From Squalus acanthias (Eukaryota), in the NCBI GenBank assembly GCA_030390025.1, contig CM059437.1, forward strand, positions 80,352,001 to 80,416,000: DNA of 64,000 bases, in the 5' to 3' direction. A program made the translations under genes and the position numbers. Each line of letters starts with the position of its first letter. Positions within the stretch are counted from its first letter, which is position 1. Below are positions 1 to 13,438 of the stretch, piece after piece. The notes beneath the pieces were generated by a model that was given only the letters and a program-made list of their open reading frames with translations, had not been told where the DNA came from and did not search any database.

Positions 1-819
1 AAGTCAGGGTTGGACTCGAATAGGAATTGGTAAGGGTTAGGGCAGGTGGTCAAAGACACAGTTAAAGAGGGAGGTTCTGAGAAGGTTTGTGAAGTGGGGA
101 GAATTGCAGCACAGTAGGGGGGCTTCAGAAGAGTGCAGCAGTAAGATGGCTGCAGCCTCTGCCACAAGTGGTTGAGTAAAGGAAAAAAGAGAAGAAAGAA
201 TTCGCATTTATATAGCAGCCTTTCACAGCCTCAGCACGTCCCAAAGCGCTTTACAGCCAATGAAGCACTTTTGTAGTGCCGTCGCTGTGGCAATGTAGGA
301 AAGGAAGCTTCATGAAGGCACTGCACATCCACGGGCAGATTCATAGAAAATAAAATAACTCACGTCCGTGATAGAAGGGCAATGAAGCAATGAACTTCAA
401 CACAACTCACATCAGTCCATTGCAACATGCAGCAAACACAGAAAAAAAAAAGAAGCCCTACCAAAGGTAATTTATTAAAGGGAGTGACCTTTTAAATAGA
501 GAGATCAGTGTTTTGCTCATCACTCCTGCCCAGATGCAGGGCCCTGCTGCACATTATCTCTGAAAATGCTTCTCCTCCCACTAAAGGATTTCAGCTAACG
601 GGCAAGAGCAGCAAAATCAATTTCACCGATAGTGCATCAGCAGGGCCGAGCGACCATGCAATCGACTGGCTCCCCCCCCCCCCTCAGAGCGAGCACAAGA
701 TCGATCTGCCCTTAGAACAAGAGCCCCTGATCACTGCACAAAGCAGCCTTGGATGCATAACACCCTTCTGTCTCTGCTCCTGTTCAAGAGAGTTATATTT
801 CAAATCTCAGCTCCCTCAT

Positions 820-1040
820 GCCTCAGTCAGTAGATACACCACCCAATTTGGTGCTGAACTATATGGATCAGGAAGGTCCTAGGTTCAATCCTCGATCTGT
901 GCTGTTAGCTGATTTCAGCTGGCGGCCTTCAATTGGTGTCAGCACCCCTAGGTTAGGGAAAGAAATCAGCCAGAGCTCCTCTTCTTGATGGCTATCCAGT
1001 GACCCCTGATAGAATGCACAAATGCAGGATGTTGGTTAAG
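820..1040 (+). mobile_element. SINE-A copy (5' part)
   Basis: GGAAGGTCCTAGGTTCAATCC (B-box-like)..GTTAGCTGATTTCAGC..AAATCAGCCAG..TATCCAGTGACCCCTG. Confidence 0.7.
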
Positions 1041-1149
1041 AACACCCTCTGTGTCTGTCGCTGTCCATCTCTCTTTCTGTTCCCGTTTCCCTGTCTTTAC
1101 TCTATCTGCTTCACTCTTTCAGACTGTTTGCATTTTCAGTGTCTTATTT

Positions 1150-1706
1150 GACCCTGAGCTGAGCTTCTAGTCCAATATCCTCCATCATAAAGACTGTCTA
1201 TTTTAACCTCCATAACGCTGTCCGCTTCCACCCCTACCTCTGCTGCTGAAACCCTCATCCATGTCATTGTCACCTCCAAACTCCACTACTCCAATGCTCT
1301 CCTGGTCATCCTCCCATCCTTCACCTCCATAAACTACAGTTCATCCAAAACTCTGCTGCCTGTATCCTATCCCAGACCAAGTCTCACTCACCCATCACCC
1401 CTGTCCTTGCTGACCTGCATTGGTTCCTGACCCCTCAACACCTCAAATTGAAAATTCTCATCCTCATGTTTTAAATCCTTTCAGGGGTTTGCCCCTCTCT
1501 ATCTCTGTAACCTCCTCCAGCTCTACAACCCCCACCCCAAACTTTCCATTTCTCTGACTCTGGCTTCTTGCACACTCCCAATCTCATTACCTAGACCCCA
1601 TGCGCTGGAATTCCCTCCCTAAACTCCTCCACCTCTCCACCTCCCACTCCTTCTTTGAAACCCTCCTTAAAGCCCACCTCTTTGACCAAGCTTTTGGTCA
1701 CCCCTT
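1150..1706 (+). mobile_element. L2-clade LINE fragment
   Basis: Colinear similarity to 4405-4950 (CCCATCACCCCTGTCCTTGCTGACCTGCATTGG; CTGGAATTCCCTCCCTAAA; TTTGACCAAGCTTTTGGTCACC). Confidence 0.8.
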
Positions 1707-2434
1707 TTTCTCTCTTCTCTTTTACTGTCTCTCCCTCTCTCTCTCTCTCTCTCACTCTGTTTCTTTATCTCTGTCTCTATCTCGCCTTTCTCTCACACTC
1801 TGACTTACTCTGTCTCTGTCATTTCCCCTTCTCCCTTTCTAACTCTAGCTCTATCGCTCCCTCTCTCCCTCTCTCTCTCCATCTCCACCTCTATGTCTCT
1901 CATTAGTTCTATCTCTCCCACTCCCTCTCTCTATCTCTCACTTTCCTCCTCACTTTCTGTATTTCTCTTGCCCGCTGACTCTTTCTGTTCTTCCATTTTG
2001 TTGCATTTGCTAACTGCCTCGACAGCGAACCAGACTGAAAAGGGTTAAATTATTGAAAAGCCTTCAGCCCTCTGGGTTTACTGATATTTTCTATCAATGA
2101 ATTATGCAGAACTCACCAGATAATGACCCACCAGGCAGAGCTGTTTAACAAAACCAGAAAAACAAAAAAAGTCAATCAATGCTGAGACTGAAATACTCCA
2201 GGGAAGCGATAGCAAGGCACAGCTTGAGAGAGAAAGGAAAAAAGGATTGGGGGAGGGGGAGCGGGAGGAGGGAAAGCAGCATCCCTTAACCCCCCTCTCA
2301 ACGTGTGGTTTACAGCCAGAATTTATGAGTATAATTTAGATGGTAATTGAGTGCACTCAATACCTCCACCCCGTGAATTACACTATGTACTTGATCTGTG
2401 TTTTAGTAAAATCATTCCCCCCACTCACCCACAC

Positions 2435-2478
2435 GTACAATCACACATACACACATGCATATACACACATGCGCATGT

Positions 2479-2519
<41 letters not shown>
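2435..2519. repeat. (CA)n microsatellite with a degenerate flank
   Basis: Pure (AC)n at 2481-2518. Confidence 0.9.
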
Positions 2520-2520
<1 letters not shown>

Positions 2521-3079
2521 CCCTCCCTTCCAAGATTGTGCTTAGCAGCTTTGGACCCAATCGAATATTCAAAGAATGAACAGCAACAGAAACGGAGTAA
2601 TCGCAAGGTTAAACCATTGCTGAGGGGATAAAATAAATCAGGTATTCCTTTGCCCATTAGGTACTGTTCCAAATAAAAACAGCTAAAAAGACAGAGGGAG
2701 AGTATGAAGGATTCAGTATGTCAAATGGGATTCACGTTAACCTATCTGGGCAGCAAGTGCATGTTAGGGGGAGCGCCTGCTGGGCGAAACCATCCCGGGG
2801 CAGCTTATGGATGGGACTGAAGGGAGACCCCCACCAGGTCTGTCTGCGGACAAATGCCTCTGGCAGTTGAAGGGTTACACACGGGTTACTGCCCCAACAC
2901 ATTGATGTTGTTAAAGCCTCAGTGTCGCCAAGCTGCACATCTCAGTGAAGGGGAGAAAGAAAAATCCCTGTTCATTTTTTTCTTTCCTAATATCGGCCAT
3001 GACCTAACTGAACGGTGGAACAGGCTCGACAGGCTGAATGGTCTACTCCTGCCCTTATGATCCTATAATAAATGAAACT

Positions 3080-3390
3080 GCATCATCCAATGGTTCAGTG
3101 GGTAAAAGCACCATCCAGTGTGGCACTGAGCCACATCAACCAGGAAAGTCCCGCATTCGACCTCCAGCCCGTGTTGTTAGTTGATCTCATTCAGGACAGC
3201 AGTTAAGGTGCCACAATTGGCCTCAGTGCTCCAGTGATGCCCTCCACAGTGGAATACCTGCCAACACTTGCAGTCCAGGGTCGCTCACGAAGCGTTGCTA
3301 CTTCAACGGAAGTATTGAAGGGGCAGCTGACACCCATAAAACTGTACCCCAAAAGGGCCAGAACATTCAGCAACAGTGGGTAGAAAATGG
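3080..3390 (+). mobile_element. SINE-A copy with an internal deletion
   Basis: CCAATGGTTCAGTGGGTAAA..CTGAGCCACA..ACAATTGGCCTCAG..GAATACCTGCCAACACT. Confidence 0.65.
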
Positions 3391-4404
3391 GATTGTGACA
3401 AACCATTTTTAAAGTGAAGCCCCCCACCACCGCATTTCCACCAGATACACACACACAGGCTTTGAGAATGTAAGCTGTTTACTTTCTGTGATCACCCACA
3501 GGTTCAAACACCTGGGATAGTCAGCGCCAAGTCCTGTGTAACCGGGCAACCGATCGCGATGTCCCTGCCATTTCTTAATACAGGAATCAATCCTCAATTG
3601 TGAGAAAACTGCACTCACTGAGAACACCTGAGATTAGGTCAATTATAAGCCTTTCCTTCTCTCATTCAATTGATTAAAATACCCCCCAAAATAGACAGTA
3701 TTAACACTGTATCAAATCACCAATTAACAAAGAGCTTCCATTGATCGGTCCTGACATTGCCAATTAAGGTCTTGCCATTTCGGGCCCAACAAAACAGCCT
3801 TCTGTTCATCACGCTCCATGTAAAGGATCTGTACGACACAGCTGTTGGGAGCTCTGCTCACTCACCAGATAAGGCCTGGGCCTGACTGTAGGAACAGGAA
3901 CAAGACTGGTTAATAAAACTAGCCAAATAACAACCTTGGAGCAGCGATTTTTTTAAATATCTAACATCTTCCTAAAAAAGTAAAATAAAAAGTGTCTGGT
4001 ATTGGACATCTCAGTGCTAATGGTATTTACTTCTGTTGTGTTTTTATACAGGGGTCAGTGGCCAGAAATGCTTTAAAAGGGCAAATCTCTGATTTTGAAA
4101 TTTCAGTCTGTTATTCTCTATAAAGGTGTCTTTCAATTCTGATGGTTCTTTCCCTGCTCCTGGATCATACTCTACAGTTAAGAGAGGACCACACACGCTC
4201 CACCAATGCCTCAGATGGTAAATACAGTCCCAGAACAATATTGATCCATTGAGACAAGAAAGGACACAGATTAGATCCCCATTCTGGGTTGAATTATTTG
4301 ATGTAAGTGCTGAAGGAAGGGTTCAGCAATTGGCCTCCTGTCTTCCTGGGTTAAGGAGGGGTGAAAAAGTGTAGGGTTCCCATCCCCAATCGGCGTCCTA
4401 TTTG

Positions 4405-5063
4405 ACCCTGTGCTAAGCTTCCAGCCCCATCTCCTCTCCATCACAAGGACCACCAACTTCTACCTCCGCTACATTGTCTATCTCCGACCCTGCCTCGGCT
4501 CACCTGCTGCTGAGTTGACTATTCCAATGCTCCCCTGGTCGACCTCCCATCTTCCACCCACCATAAACTTGGGCTCATCCAAAAGTCTGCTGCCGTATCC
4601 TAACAAGCACCAAGTCCCGCTCACCCATCACCCCTGTGCTCACTGACCTACATTGGCTCCCGGTCCACCAATGCCTTGATTTTAAAATTCTCATCCTTGT
4701 CTTCAAATCATTCCATGGCCTCGCCCCTTCCTATCTCTGTAATCTCCTCCAGCCCTACAACCCTCCGAGTTCTCTGTGTTCCTCCAATTCTGGCCTTGCG
4801 CATCCCCCACTCCCTTCGCCCCACCATTGGCAGCCATGCCTTCAGCTGTCTAGGCCCTAGGTTCTGGAATTCCCTTCCTAAACCTCTCTGCCTCTTCACC
4901 TCTCTCTCCCCCTTTAAAACTTTCCTCTTTAACCAAGCTTTTAGTCACCCTTCCTAATCTCCTTCTTTGGCTCAGTGTCAATTTTTGTCTGATTACGCTC
5001 CTGTAAAGGGCCTTGGGATATTTTCCCACATTAAAGGCGCTATATAAATGCAAGCTGTTGTTC
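4405..5063 (+). mobile_element. L2-clade LINE 3' fragment
   Basis: LTDLHWLPVHQCLDFKILILVFKSFHGLAPSYLCNLL and AFS..GPRFWNSLP peptides; tail TTAAAGGCGCTATATAAATGCAAGCTGTTGTT. Confidence 0.88.
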
Positions 5064-5249
5064 AAGTGACAGCACCTCTTTTCTTACCAAGCTAGTCTGT
5101 GTTCCAACGCTATCACTTTCCAACAAAAGCTCCAAGCACTCTCAAACATTTCCATAATTGCCTTTAGAATTAAGCATTGCTGGCACAAAGTAATTATGTT
5201 GGGAGGATCCTCAAATAAATATGGCAGCTGTTATCTATTATTATATGTA

Positions 5250-5675
5250 TCTTGCTCCCTCTCTCTGTTCCATCCTTCCATCTATTTCTTTCTCCATTCC
5301 TTCCTTTCTTATCTTTTTTGCTGTCTCTGCCCTTCTTCTCTCTCCTCTCTCCATTCTTCCTTCCCCCTCTTTCCACACCTGCCTTCTTTCTCATTTCTAT
5401 TTGTTCCTTCCCTCCCTCTGATCCTTCCTTTCTCAATCTCTTGCTCACTCTCTCTCCATTACTTCCTTCCCTCTCGTTTTCTCTCTCTCCTCTCTGTCTC
5501 CATTCCTTCCTTTCCTCTCTTCCTCTCCAAATCTCTCTCTCTCCCTGTTTTTCCCCTCTCTCACTATTCCTTTATTTCATCTTTCTCTGTATCTCTCTTT
5601 CCTCTCTCCATTTCTCCCTTCTCTCTCTGTCTCCCTCACTGTGTTGCTTCCTTCCCCCTATTTCTTTCTGTGTTC
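5250..5675. repeat. Polypyrimidine (CT-rich) low-complexity tract; a similar one lies at 1705-1990
   Basis: Almost purine-free plus strand. Confidence 0.9.
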
Positions 5676-6759
5676 TGATCCCTCGTAACTATTTTAATTA
5701 AATGTCCACATCTAAATTAATCCATCAGATGGTGGCTGTTCCTTCACTTCCTGTCAGTTCAAGACACCACAAAATACAAGGCTAGAGATTCCCGTTGGTA
5801 ATAATATGCATTCATCCAACATTCATCTGTCTGCCCTCTTAACAAAGGTGTTAACTCATTTATTTTAAATTAGCAGACAGAGGAATGTCATACAAACCCG
5901 TTAAGCATTCATCCACTAATGTCACCAAAAGCCATTTCTAACCTATAGTCTTCAGTCACTGCTGTCACCATCACCCGTGAGAGGCGGGTTGTGGGAAGAA
6001 ATCACTTGGACACAGGCACTGAAAAGAAACCTTTTTCTATTAAAATTATCTCAATATCTCTCTACCTTTTTAAAACTGGACAGCATGTACCAACTACATG
6101 AAAGGACTGTGAATGCGAGACAACTGTGGTAACAGTGCCAGGGCAGACCAACTAACTTTGGCAAAGCTTCTAAAGATGCCTGGGCCAGATTGAAGTGTTA
6201 ATCACAGGGAGGGGTTCTCAAAATCTAAACACTGCATGAAGTCAACAAGGGTTAAACAGCGCTTGAGCCTCTGGTAACCAAGCTCTCTCTGATCAAGCAC
6301 CAAAAGAAAATTCGATTAAAACCCTTTTGCAGACCCCCACCCCCCAGTTAATGGAAGGTACTGCTCTCATCAGAATGCCTATTCTTCCTCCTTACAGATT
6401 TACATTTCCACAGACCCACTATCAAAGTGCCCATTGTCTGATGTGACCTATGGCATTTCCCAAGGGCATTGGGAACTGCTCTCTCTGATTTCTCCAAAGC
6501 CCCTCTGGTTCCTGAAGAGTAGGGAGGTCCCGAAAGACTAAAGGCGGAATACGGTTACAAAAAGAAAAAGAAAAGAATGAAACAAATTTGCAAGCCAATA
6601 ACTCCATCATGGTTTGGACTGCAAAACCGATCAGCCATTTTGCTGGGAGGCAAGGAGGGGCGGAGGGGGAGGGGTGACTGATGTATAAGTGTTACACTTT
6701 GTCATCACTCAAGCTGTAACTGTTTACTGATCCATCATAGGATATATATGATTCAGAAG

Positions 6760-7710
6760 TTAAATACAGACAAGGAAGATCATTTGACCCGTGTTAACTT
6801 ATCCATCCGGAGAGGAAAATTGGCAGATCCCCATCACAGCATCCAACTAGTTTTTGAATGACTCTGAGGTGCTTGCTCCACTATCCTACCCCGAAGTCTA
6901 TTCCAAGTGTTGATTGCTGTTTACTTAAAGAAATTCTTACTGACATTAGTCCTAAACTCACCTTTCACCAGTGTGAACCAGTATCAATTTTCCTACTGTC
7001 CTGATTTGCCTTGGAAGATGTGTTGCAGATTTACTTCTGCTACATCATTTAATATCTTCTATATTTCTAAACGTTTCCTCAGGCTCTTCCTGCACTGCTA
7101 GAACATTTCCCTTCTGTTCCACGCACTCACGGTGCATTCTGATCAGAGCCCTGTAGAGTTTCAGCATGATGTCTTATGACTTGTCCTCTACTGATTTGGT
7201 TATAAAGCTCAGCATTCTGCTGGTTTTGGTGATTGCTGCTACAATGTCTGGACATTTTTCAGAAGAATTTCCACGGGGTTGTCCCATTTTCCCCATCGTA
7301 AATTTGGCAGAAGATCGGGGAAATTCCGTCGAAGTGTGAACCGCTGGTTGTTAATTGTCTACGATGTTTCTGCGGAGTTCCGCCAATCTCCCATCGGAGA
7401 ATCCCCACCAAAACTCCAGGTGTTTAAGATCTGAGTCTACTTATACTGTGGCTCTCTTACAACCTCGCCTTTACCTACTTCTACACCATTCTTAGAGTAT
7501 GTCACCCATTCTTTCTTCCAATGTGCAGTACCTTGTGCACTTATATGTGTTGAATTTCACCTTCAGCTACTAATCCAACTCCTTTTGTAAGAGCTTCACT
7601 GTTTCCTCCAACTCAACTTCTACCTCTCCCCATTTGGTTTCACTTGTGAACTTGACCAGTTTGCACTGGGAATCTTAGTTGCTGATGTAGATTGGAAACA
7701 GCAGGAGTTC
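6760..7710 (-). mobile_element. Old, degraded CR1-like LINE fragment, interrupted near 7260-7420
   Basis: Residual reverse-complement similarity to CR1 ORF2 3' motifs (tattccaagtgttgattgct, aagaaattcttactgacatt, ttggtttcacttgtgaacttgaccag). Confidence 0.5.
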
Positions 7711-10700
7711 CAGAAAGATGTGGCGATTGAGTGGGATCAATTCAGGGCTCGGAATTGCGAGCCAATCACCAACGATTTGATGGAATTTGGGCGAAGGGGA
7801 ATTGTGTTAAATTTGCAGATGTATTTATTTGAGCAATCAAATGGAGGATCAGAGAAAAGCTAACCTTTGCCGTTTAGATCAGATCTGAAATTTACATCAA
7901 ATTCGATGGGCGGTTGTCTCCTCTTCTGCAAAAGAACTGTTTGCAAGAGATAGACAGGCGAACGTGGATGTACTCCCTTCACTCTATACCATTCAATAGA
8001 GTCCGCTGGATCTTGCGTAAGACAAGTGCTAAAAGCTTCATTTGCAGTAGAGATTGTCTGCTCAACACACTTAGATTGTTTAGCGACACAAGGATAGCTT
8101 TTCTGATTGGTTACGCCGATTCACAAGTGGGTGTGGCCAGTCGGAAAAGCGGGCAGAGGTCAGTTCCGTAAGATTTCTGCCCATTTAGCGACCCATTTAG
8201 TTTTCCGGTCAGGTTTTGTACTTGTGCCAGGAACACCCACCAGCTTGCAGCCAATTATATTAAAATTAGCCTCCGTGACATTGTTTAGATGTGCACACAA
8301 TTTCCTGATATTTACATCAGTATGGCACTCGGTCATCTACCCATCCAGATAAAATGGGATGCTAGGATGTGCTGCTTACAGAGGTGCCTTTTAAAAGCAC
8401 TATAGTGAGACTTCAGGCAGCATTTTGAGGTTATAGCGGGATCTTTTTTCTTGTTACTAATATCACTAATATGTGATTTCAATTCCTATTTCCATACAGA
8501 ATATTCACTCCTGATAACTGGATCATTTTAGCTGCAGAATCCTCTTACAGGCAGCTGCTGCTTGTTTAAGGTTTCTTGTGTTTACAGGCAATGAACACTG
8601 GTCGGAATCTGTGCGTCGATAATGCAGTAATATCTGAAACGGTTAAAGGTCTGTGCCAAAATTGACTCCCGGGAAGCTTTCCCTGTGAATCCTGTGGTCG
8701 GCGAACAAGGTTCGATACAATGCAGCAACAGAGCAGTGCATACAGACTCACAGCCGCAATCCCTCGTGCGCTGAGTTACTGATCCTAACCGTGTCCACGG
8801 GTGGATGTGCCGAGCAGTGATCGGAGGGTGAAAACAGGGCAGGAAAACAGAGGGAGAGTTGCCTGGGGAGTCACTCTCACGCACCTCCGATGGCCACATT
8901 CTGAGCGGTATTGGCGGTTGCCTAAGAGCAAATCAGGCAGGCATCCTCTCAGCTACAGGGGGTGTGTGACTCAGAGAACACTAGGAAGGGAGAGGGAGAA
9001 AATAAAACCGATACTTGAGGGGTAGTGTTTCAAATGATCTACTTTATTCAACTGAGAAAATACAAGTATTTTGAAATAGAACAGGCTATGATCAGGAGTA
9101 GAAGGAGTCAAGTATGATCGATATCTCCACTCGTCGATCCTCAGTGTAACTTATTGATTGAAATATTTTGCATACATCCCGGAATCATGACTTGGCCGCT
9201 ATCTTTGTTTATAGAAGTGATGTTGGATCAGCTGTAAATGATTTTCCCGCCTGCAAGCCTTAAATTCCCAATGGTATAGATTGAATATTTGAGCACATTT
9301 TTCTTTATTTGCTGGGGTGGCGGAGTTTCTTTATCTGCCAATTTTCTCCTCTCCCCACCTCCTCTCCTGATCCTTTTCAGGGGTACCAAAGCATAGGCAG
9401 CAGGCACATCCAGCACCTCGCCCCCAAGTGGACATATGTCAGCCGACACAGTGAGAGTTGGCACAATGTTCCACTGTGGAGGTCATCACAGCTGAGCCTG
9501 ATCTGACAGGGGTCACTGAACAACAATGAGGAGTGAGAGCCCTGGCTGATTCTTTCCACTGTCGTGAGGTCAGCTGAGCAGCGCTATCACCCACCCCAGG
9601 TAAAACCACCTCAGTTAAAGCAATTTTAAATCATCGTCAGTGAAAATTCCCTGCTGTTTTGGTGAATGGCAGCCATGCAAGACCCAACCCACTCACAAAT
9701 ATCCTCAATCACATTCTTACACACTCACACAAATACAGACTCACACGTACTCTTACACACTAACTCACGCGTGCACGCTCACACAAACACAGACTCACAC
9801 TCACACATGCGCTTGCACATGAACTTACGCAAATACAAACTCACAATATCACACTCACACACACTCTTGCACACTCACCTCCATACTCTGTTAACAGCAA
9901 CTCAGACGCAAGGGATTACAAATAAAATGTAAAATATTAACAAGACAATCTGAAAGCAATACTGCCCTGCAAACATTTATTTGCCATGTAAGCTACACTA
10001 ATGTGTACCAGCTACTGGCACAGGAACTGCATAACAAATGTGTGCCGGGACTGCAAGCAGCCTGCGCTGTGGAATAATATCCAACTCAATATTAGTTTAA
10101 ATAATCAATGTCTGATTACTCTTTGGTTCCCCCACCCCCAGCGCCCCCCATAAAACACAGGAAAGCTTATTTCTCTCTAAAAGCACAAACCTGTTCTTGC
10201 TAAAGGACAAGAAACAAAGCAACTTCCCCACTCACAAAACAAAAAAGAAAGCCTAGTATCAAAGACCCATTGAGGAGCAAGGGGTCCCTCATTCATTCAT
10301 CTCAACGCCAGGGAACAAACGCTTTCTATTGGATTTCACTACAAGGTCAAAGTTCACTCCTTTTTCCCATTGAAAAAGAATGTGAATTTGATGATGGGTT
10401 TTTTTTTCTTTCTTTCTCTGTCTGTTCCACCCCCCACCCCCCTTCTCTTTCTCTTTTATTTGCCTGGTCACTAAAGGAACAAAACACAACCAGGCGATGG
10501 GTTTCCTATTAAAGTCGAACAACTAGATGGACGATTGCAGGAAGAAGTGGTGTCAGCCCACTGCAGAAAGATGGACAAATGGCTAATGTAACATCAGCCC
10601 CTTTCCACTTGGCCTGAAGTCCTAACAATAATATATCACTCATCTGCAGGCAGTGAGGGAGTTCTTTAAAGGCTAATCCTGCTCATGTATGTACTCACAT

Positions 10701-11134
10701 AAAAGCCAGAAATTTAGGCCGCAATTTGGTTGAAGGTAGGGGTGGGGCCCTCCTACACACGAGTCATTGTGGTGGGTGATATTGTAACTCATTTTGAGGA
10801 GTGCGTTCATTTGTCTCCCGGCCCACTCCCACCCTGTTGTCTATTTGAATTATCACCTCTCTCCAACTCCTGGTCTCCCACTCCCCTCTCCCTTGCCCCC
10901 AGTCTTCTGCTCCCCTCTCTCAGGCTCCTGATCTTTGTACACAGCGGTGGCAGTGCATGAAACAGTCAGTGCACTTTAAAACCAGATTTCCCACACCCTG
11001 GGCAACCAGGGTTACTGTTGGGTGTCTTATATGTTGGTCATAGATGTTTTTCCCCCCTGTTTGGCTTTGGCCGGAAAGAAAGGAAAGTGGTCTTGTACAA
11101 AGGGGTCCTGAGATTCCTGGGGGCCCACCTCACC

Positions 11135-12357
11135 AGGACAGGACAGGGGAGAAGAGATTACATAATCAAGAATAACAGAAATATTCTTAGACAGTAAAGT
11201 GCTGGGATCTCGCCCACCCCTCGAGTCTCTTCGCCGGGAGCAAGCGGAAGCCAAGCGCAAGCAACTTAAGGAGCGCACGTCAACCCAAGCACCCCACCCA
11301 CCCGCCCCTTCAACCACCGTCTGGCCCCACCTGTGACAGAGACTGTCGGTCCCGCATTGGACTCATCAGCCACCTGAGAACTCATTTTTAATGTGGAAGC
11401 AAGTCACCCTCGGTTCCGAGGGACTGCCTAAGATTAGTGCAGTGCCCCCGCCCAACCTAGCCCCAGGCCAGAGACCCCATCCCAGAGACAGGGTTATTTG
11501 CATAACCGGGGTGAAATGCCAACGCCTGCAGGGGCACATCTGCAGTGCCTGCCCGGCCTGATGTGTTCCGCACTTACAAGGTGAAGTGGCGCCTTGTCTT
11601 TCCGGCTGAGGACCCCCCCCCCCCCCACCGCCCCCCCACTGGAGCTATTATGCCATTAGTCGAGGTAATCAATCCCCTCCAAAGTTTTAGAGCCTTCAGA
11701 AGGCCTCAAAGGGACTCACGCCAGAAATCAGAAGTTCTGTTAAGACTGTTTAAGGGCATGAAAGGAAGAATTTCCTGGGAACTCCCTCTGACACACCCCC
11801 TTGACATCGGAGGGCAGGCAGAAGATCTGCCCGCATCCAACCCACCTCCCCCACCCCCTCAACCTCCACCTTAACTGGAATTTAAAGATCTGATCTAAAT
11901 GAGGCTGAATCCCAGTGAAACTGGTTTCTCCCCCATATTCTGGGCTGCCCCGGCAGAAATTGGACTTATGCTCTCTCCCAACCCAGGAATTTCGGGGACA
12001 GGGTGTCTCACACATGAGTATTTATAGTATGCCAATATCTGAAACTCACGAAAATTCGTGTCTAAGCTACTGAATTGGCCAATGCTTCCCAACATGTCGA
12101 TATTGATTCCCACATCATCCCGTCAGAGGAAGATGCTGAGTTTACATAAGGTGCTTCTGAAGTGTTGCAGACTGAGGGGGAATCAGTGACTGTGTCACAT
12201 CAATGCCATTCTCGTGCATGGCCAGTTTAAGGGGCCTAGTAGCATGGCACCTGTCTATTCTTTTGAACAGAGAGTAGGACAGGACATGGGAGAAGAGATT
12301 ATATAATCAAGAATAACAGAAATATTCTTAGGCGGTAAAGTGCTGGGATCTCGCCCA
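11135..12357 (+). repeat. 82-bp dispersed direct repeat (11135-11216 and 12276-12357)
   Basis: AGGACAGGACA(G/T)GGGAGAAGAGATTA(C/T)ATAATCAAGAATAACAGAAATATTCTTAG(ACA/GCG)GTAAAGTGCTGGGATCTCGCCCA; 4 mismatches. Confidence 0.92.
11217..11432 (+). mobile_element. RTE-clade LINE 3' end (5'-truncated)
   Basis: CCCACCTGTGACAGAGACTGTCGGTCCCGCATTGGACTCATCAGCCACCTGAGAACTCAT encodes PTCDRDCRSRIGLISHLRTH, the C-terminal Cys/His motif typical of vertebrate RTE elements, followed by a short 3' UTR ending GAGGGACTGCCTAAG. Confidence 0.75.
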
Positions 12358-12755
12358 GTGGTTCAGGAAATTGCATTATCAGGCACAGTACTGAGCCATA
12401 CAGATCAGGTCTTAGGGGTTCCATCCCACTCAGGGCTGAGTTAAGCCAGGGCAGGTGTAGGAGTTTTACAATTGCTCTCAGTGTCCCTGGGCTAGGGAGG
12501 AGGAAAAATCAGCCAAGATTGCCACTCCCGAAACCTTGAAACCAGTGGCCCCCGCTGAAAAGTGCACATGTGGGCATTAGGGAAGGACAGGATTGGGATC
12601 AACTCTGCTACACTGTTGAATAACCAGCCAACACTTGCTGTTTGGGCTCACACACGGAGAATGGCCACTTTGGCCAGATACTGGAGGGCAACTGGCACCT
12701 GTGCAACTACAGCCCACCCACCAAAGAGTCAGCATCTTCAGGACAGAAAAATTAC
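12348..12755 (+). mobile_element. Unnamed ~400-bp SINE-like family ('SINE-A'), representative near-full-length copy
   Basis: Shared blocks CTGAGCCATACAGA..GCTGAGTTA..ACAATTG..GGGCTAGGGAGG..AAATCAGCCA..CAGTGRCCCC..GGCTCACAC..GAATGGCCACTT..CTTCAGGA recur across the window. Confidence 0.75.
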
Positions 12756-12804
12756 TATAACAGGTTAAAACAGGAAGTGTTCTGCTACAAATTAGATACA
12801 TAGT

Positions 12805-13438
12805 AGTATTACAAAGTATTTACAGCACAGAAACAGGCCATTTGGCCCAACAGGTCCATGCCGGTTTTATGTTCCACACGAGTCACCTCCCACCCTTCTT
12901 CATCTAACCCCATCAACATATCCTTCTATTCCTATCTCCCTCATGTGTTTATCTAGCTTCCCCTTAAATGCATCTATGCTGTTCTCCTCAACTACTCCTT
13001 GTGGTAGTGAGTTCCACATTCTAACCACTCTCTGGGTAAAGAACTTTCTCCTGAATTCCCTATTGGATTTATTAGTGACTATCTTATATTTATCGCCCCT
13101 AGTTCTGATCTCCCCCGCAAGTGGAAACATCTTCTCTATGACTACCCTTTCATAATCTTAAAGACCTCTATCAGATTTCTCTTTTCTAGAGAAAAGAGCC
13201 CCAGCCTGTTCAATCTTTCCTGACCCATTCTGCAAGTTTATTAATATCTTCCTGTATTTTGTCGCGGTCCTCCTCTGTATTAACTATACCCCCCAATTTG
13301 GTGTCATCCGCAAATTTTGAAATTGTACTCCCGATTCCCGAGCCCAAATCGTTTATATAAATGGTAAACAACAGTGGTCCCAGCACCGATCCTTGTGGAA
13401 CACCACTTCCCACCTTTGGCCAGTCTGAGTACTGACCA
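12805..13438 (-). mobile_element. CR1 LINE 3' fragment with an internal deletion
   Basis: Minus-strand ORFs give GVPQGSVLGPLLFTIYINDL..SKFADDTKLGG and FFTQRVVRMWNSLP..FKGKLDKHM, followed by a CR1-type 3' UTR. Confidence 0.9.
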
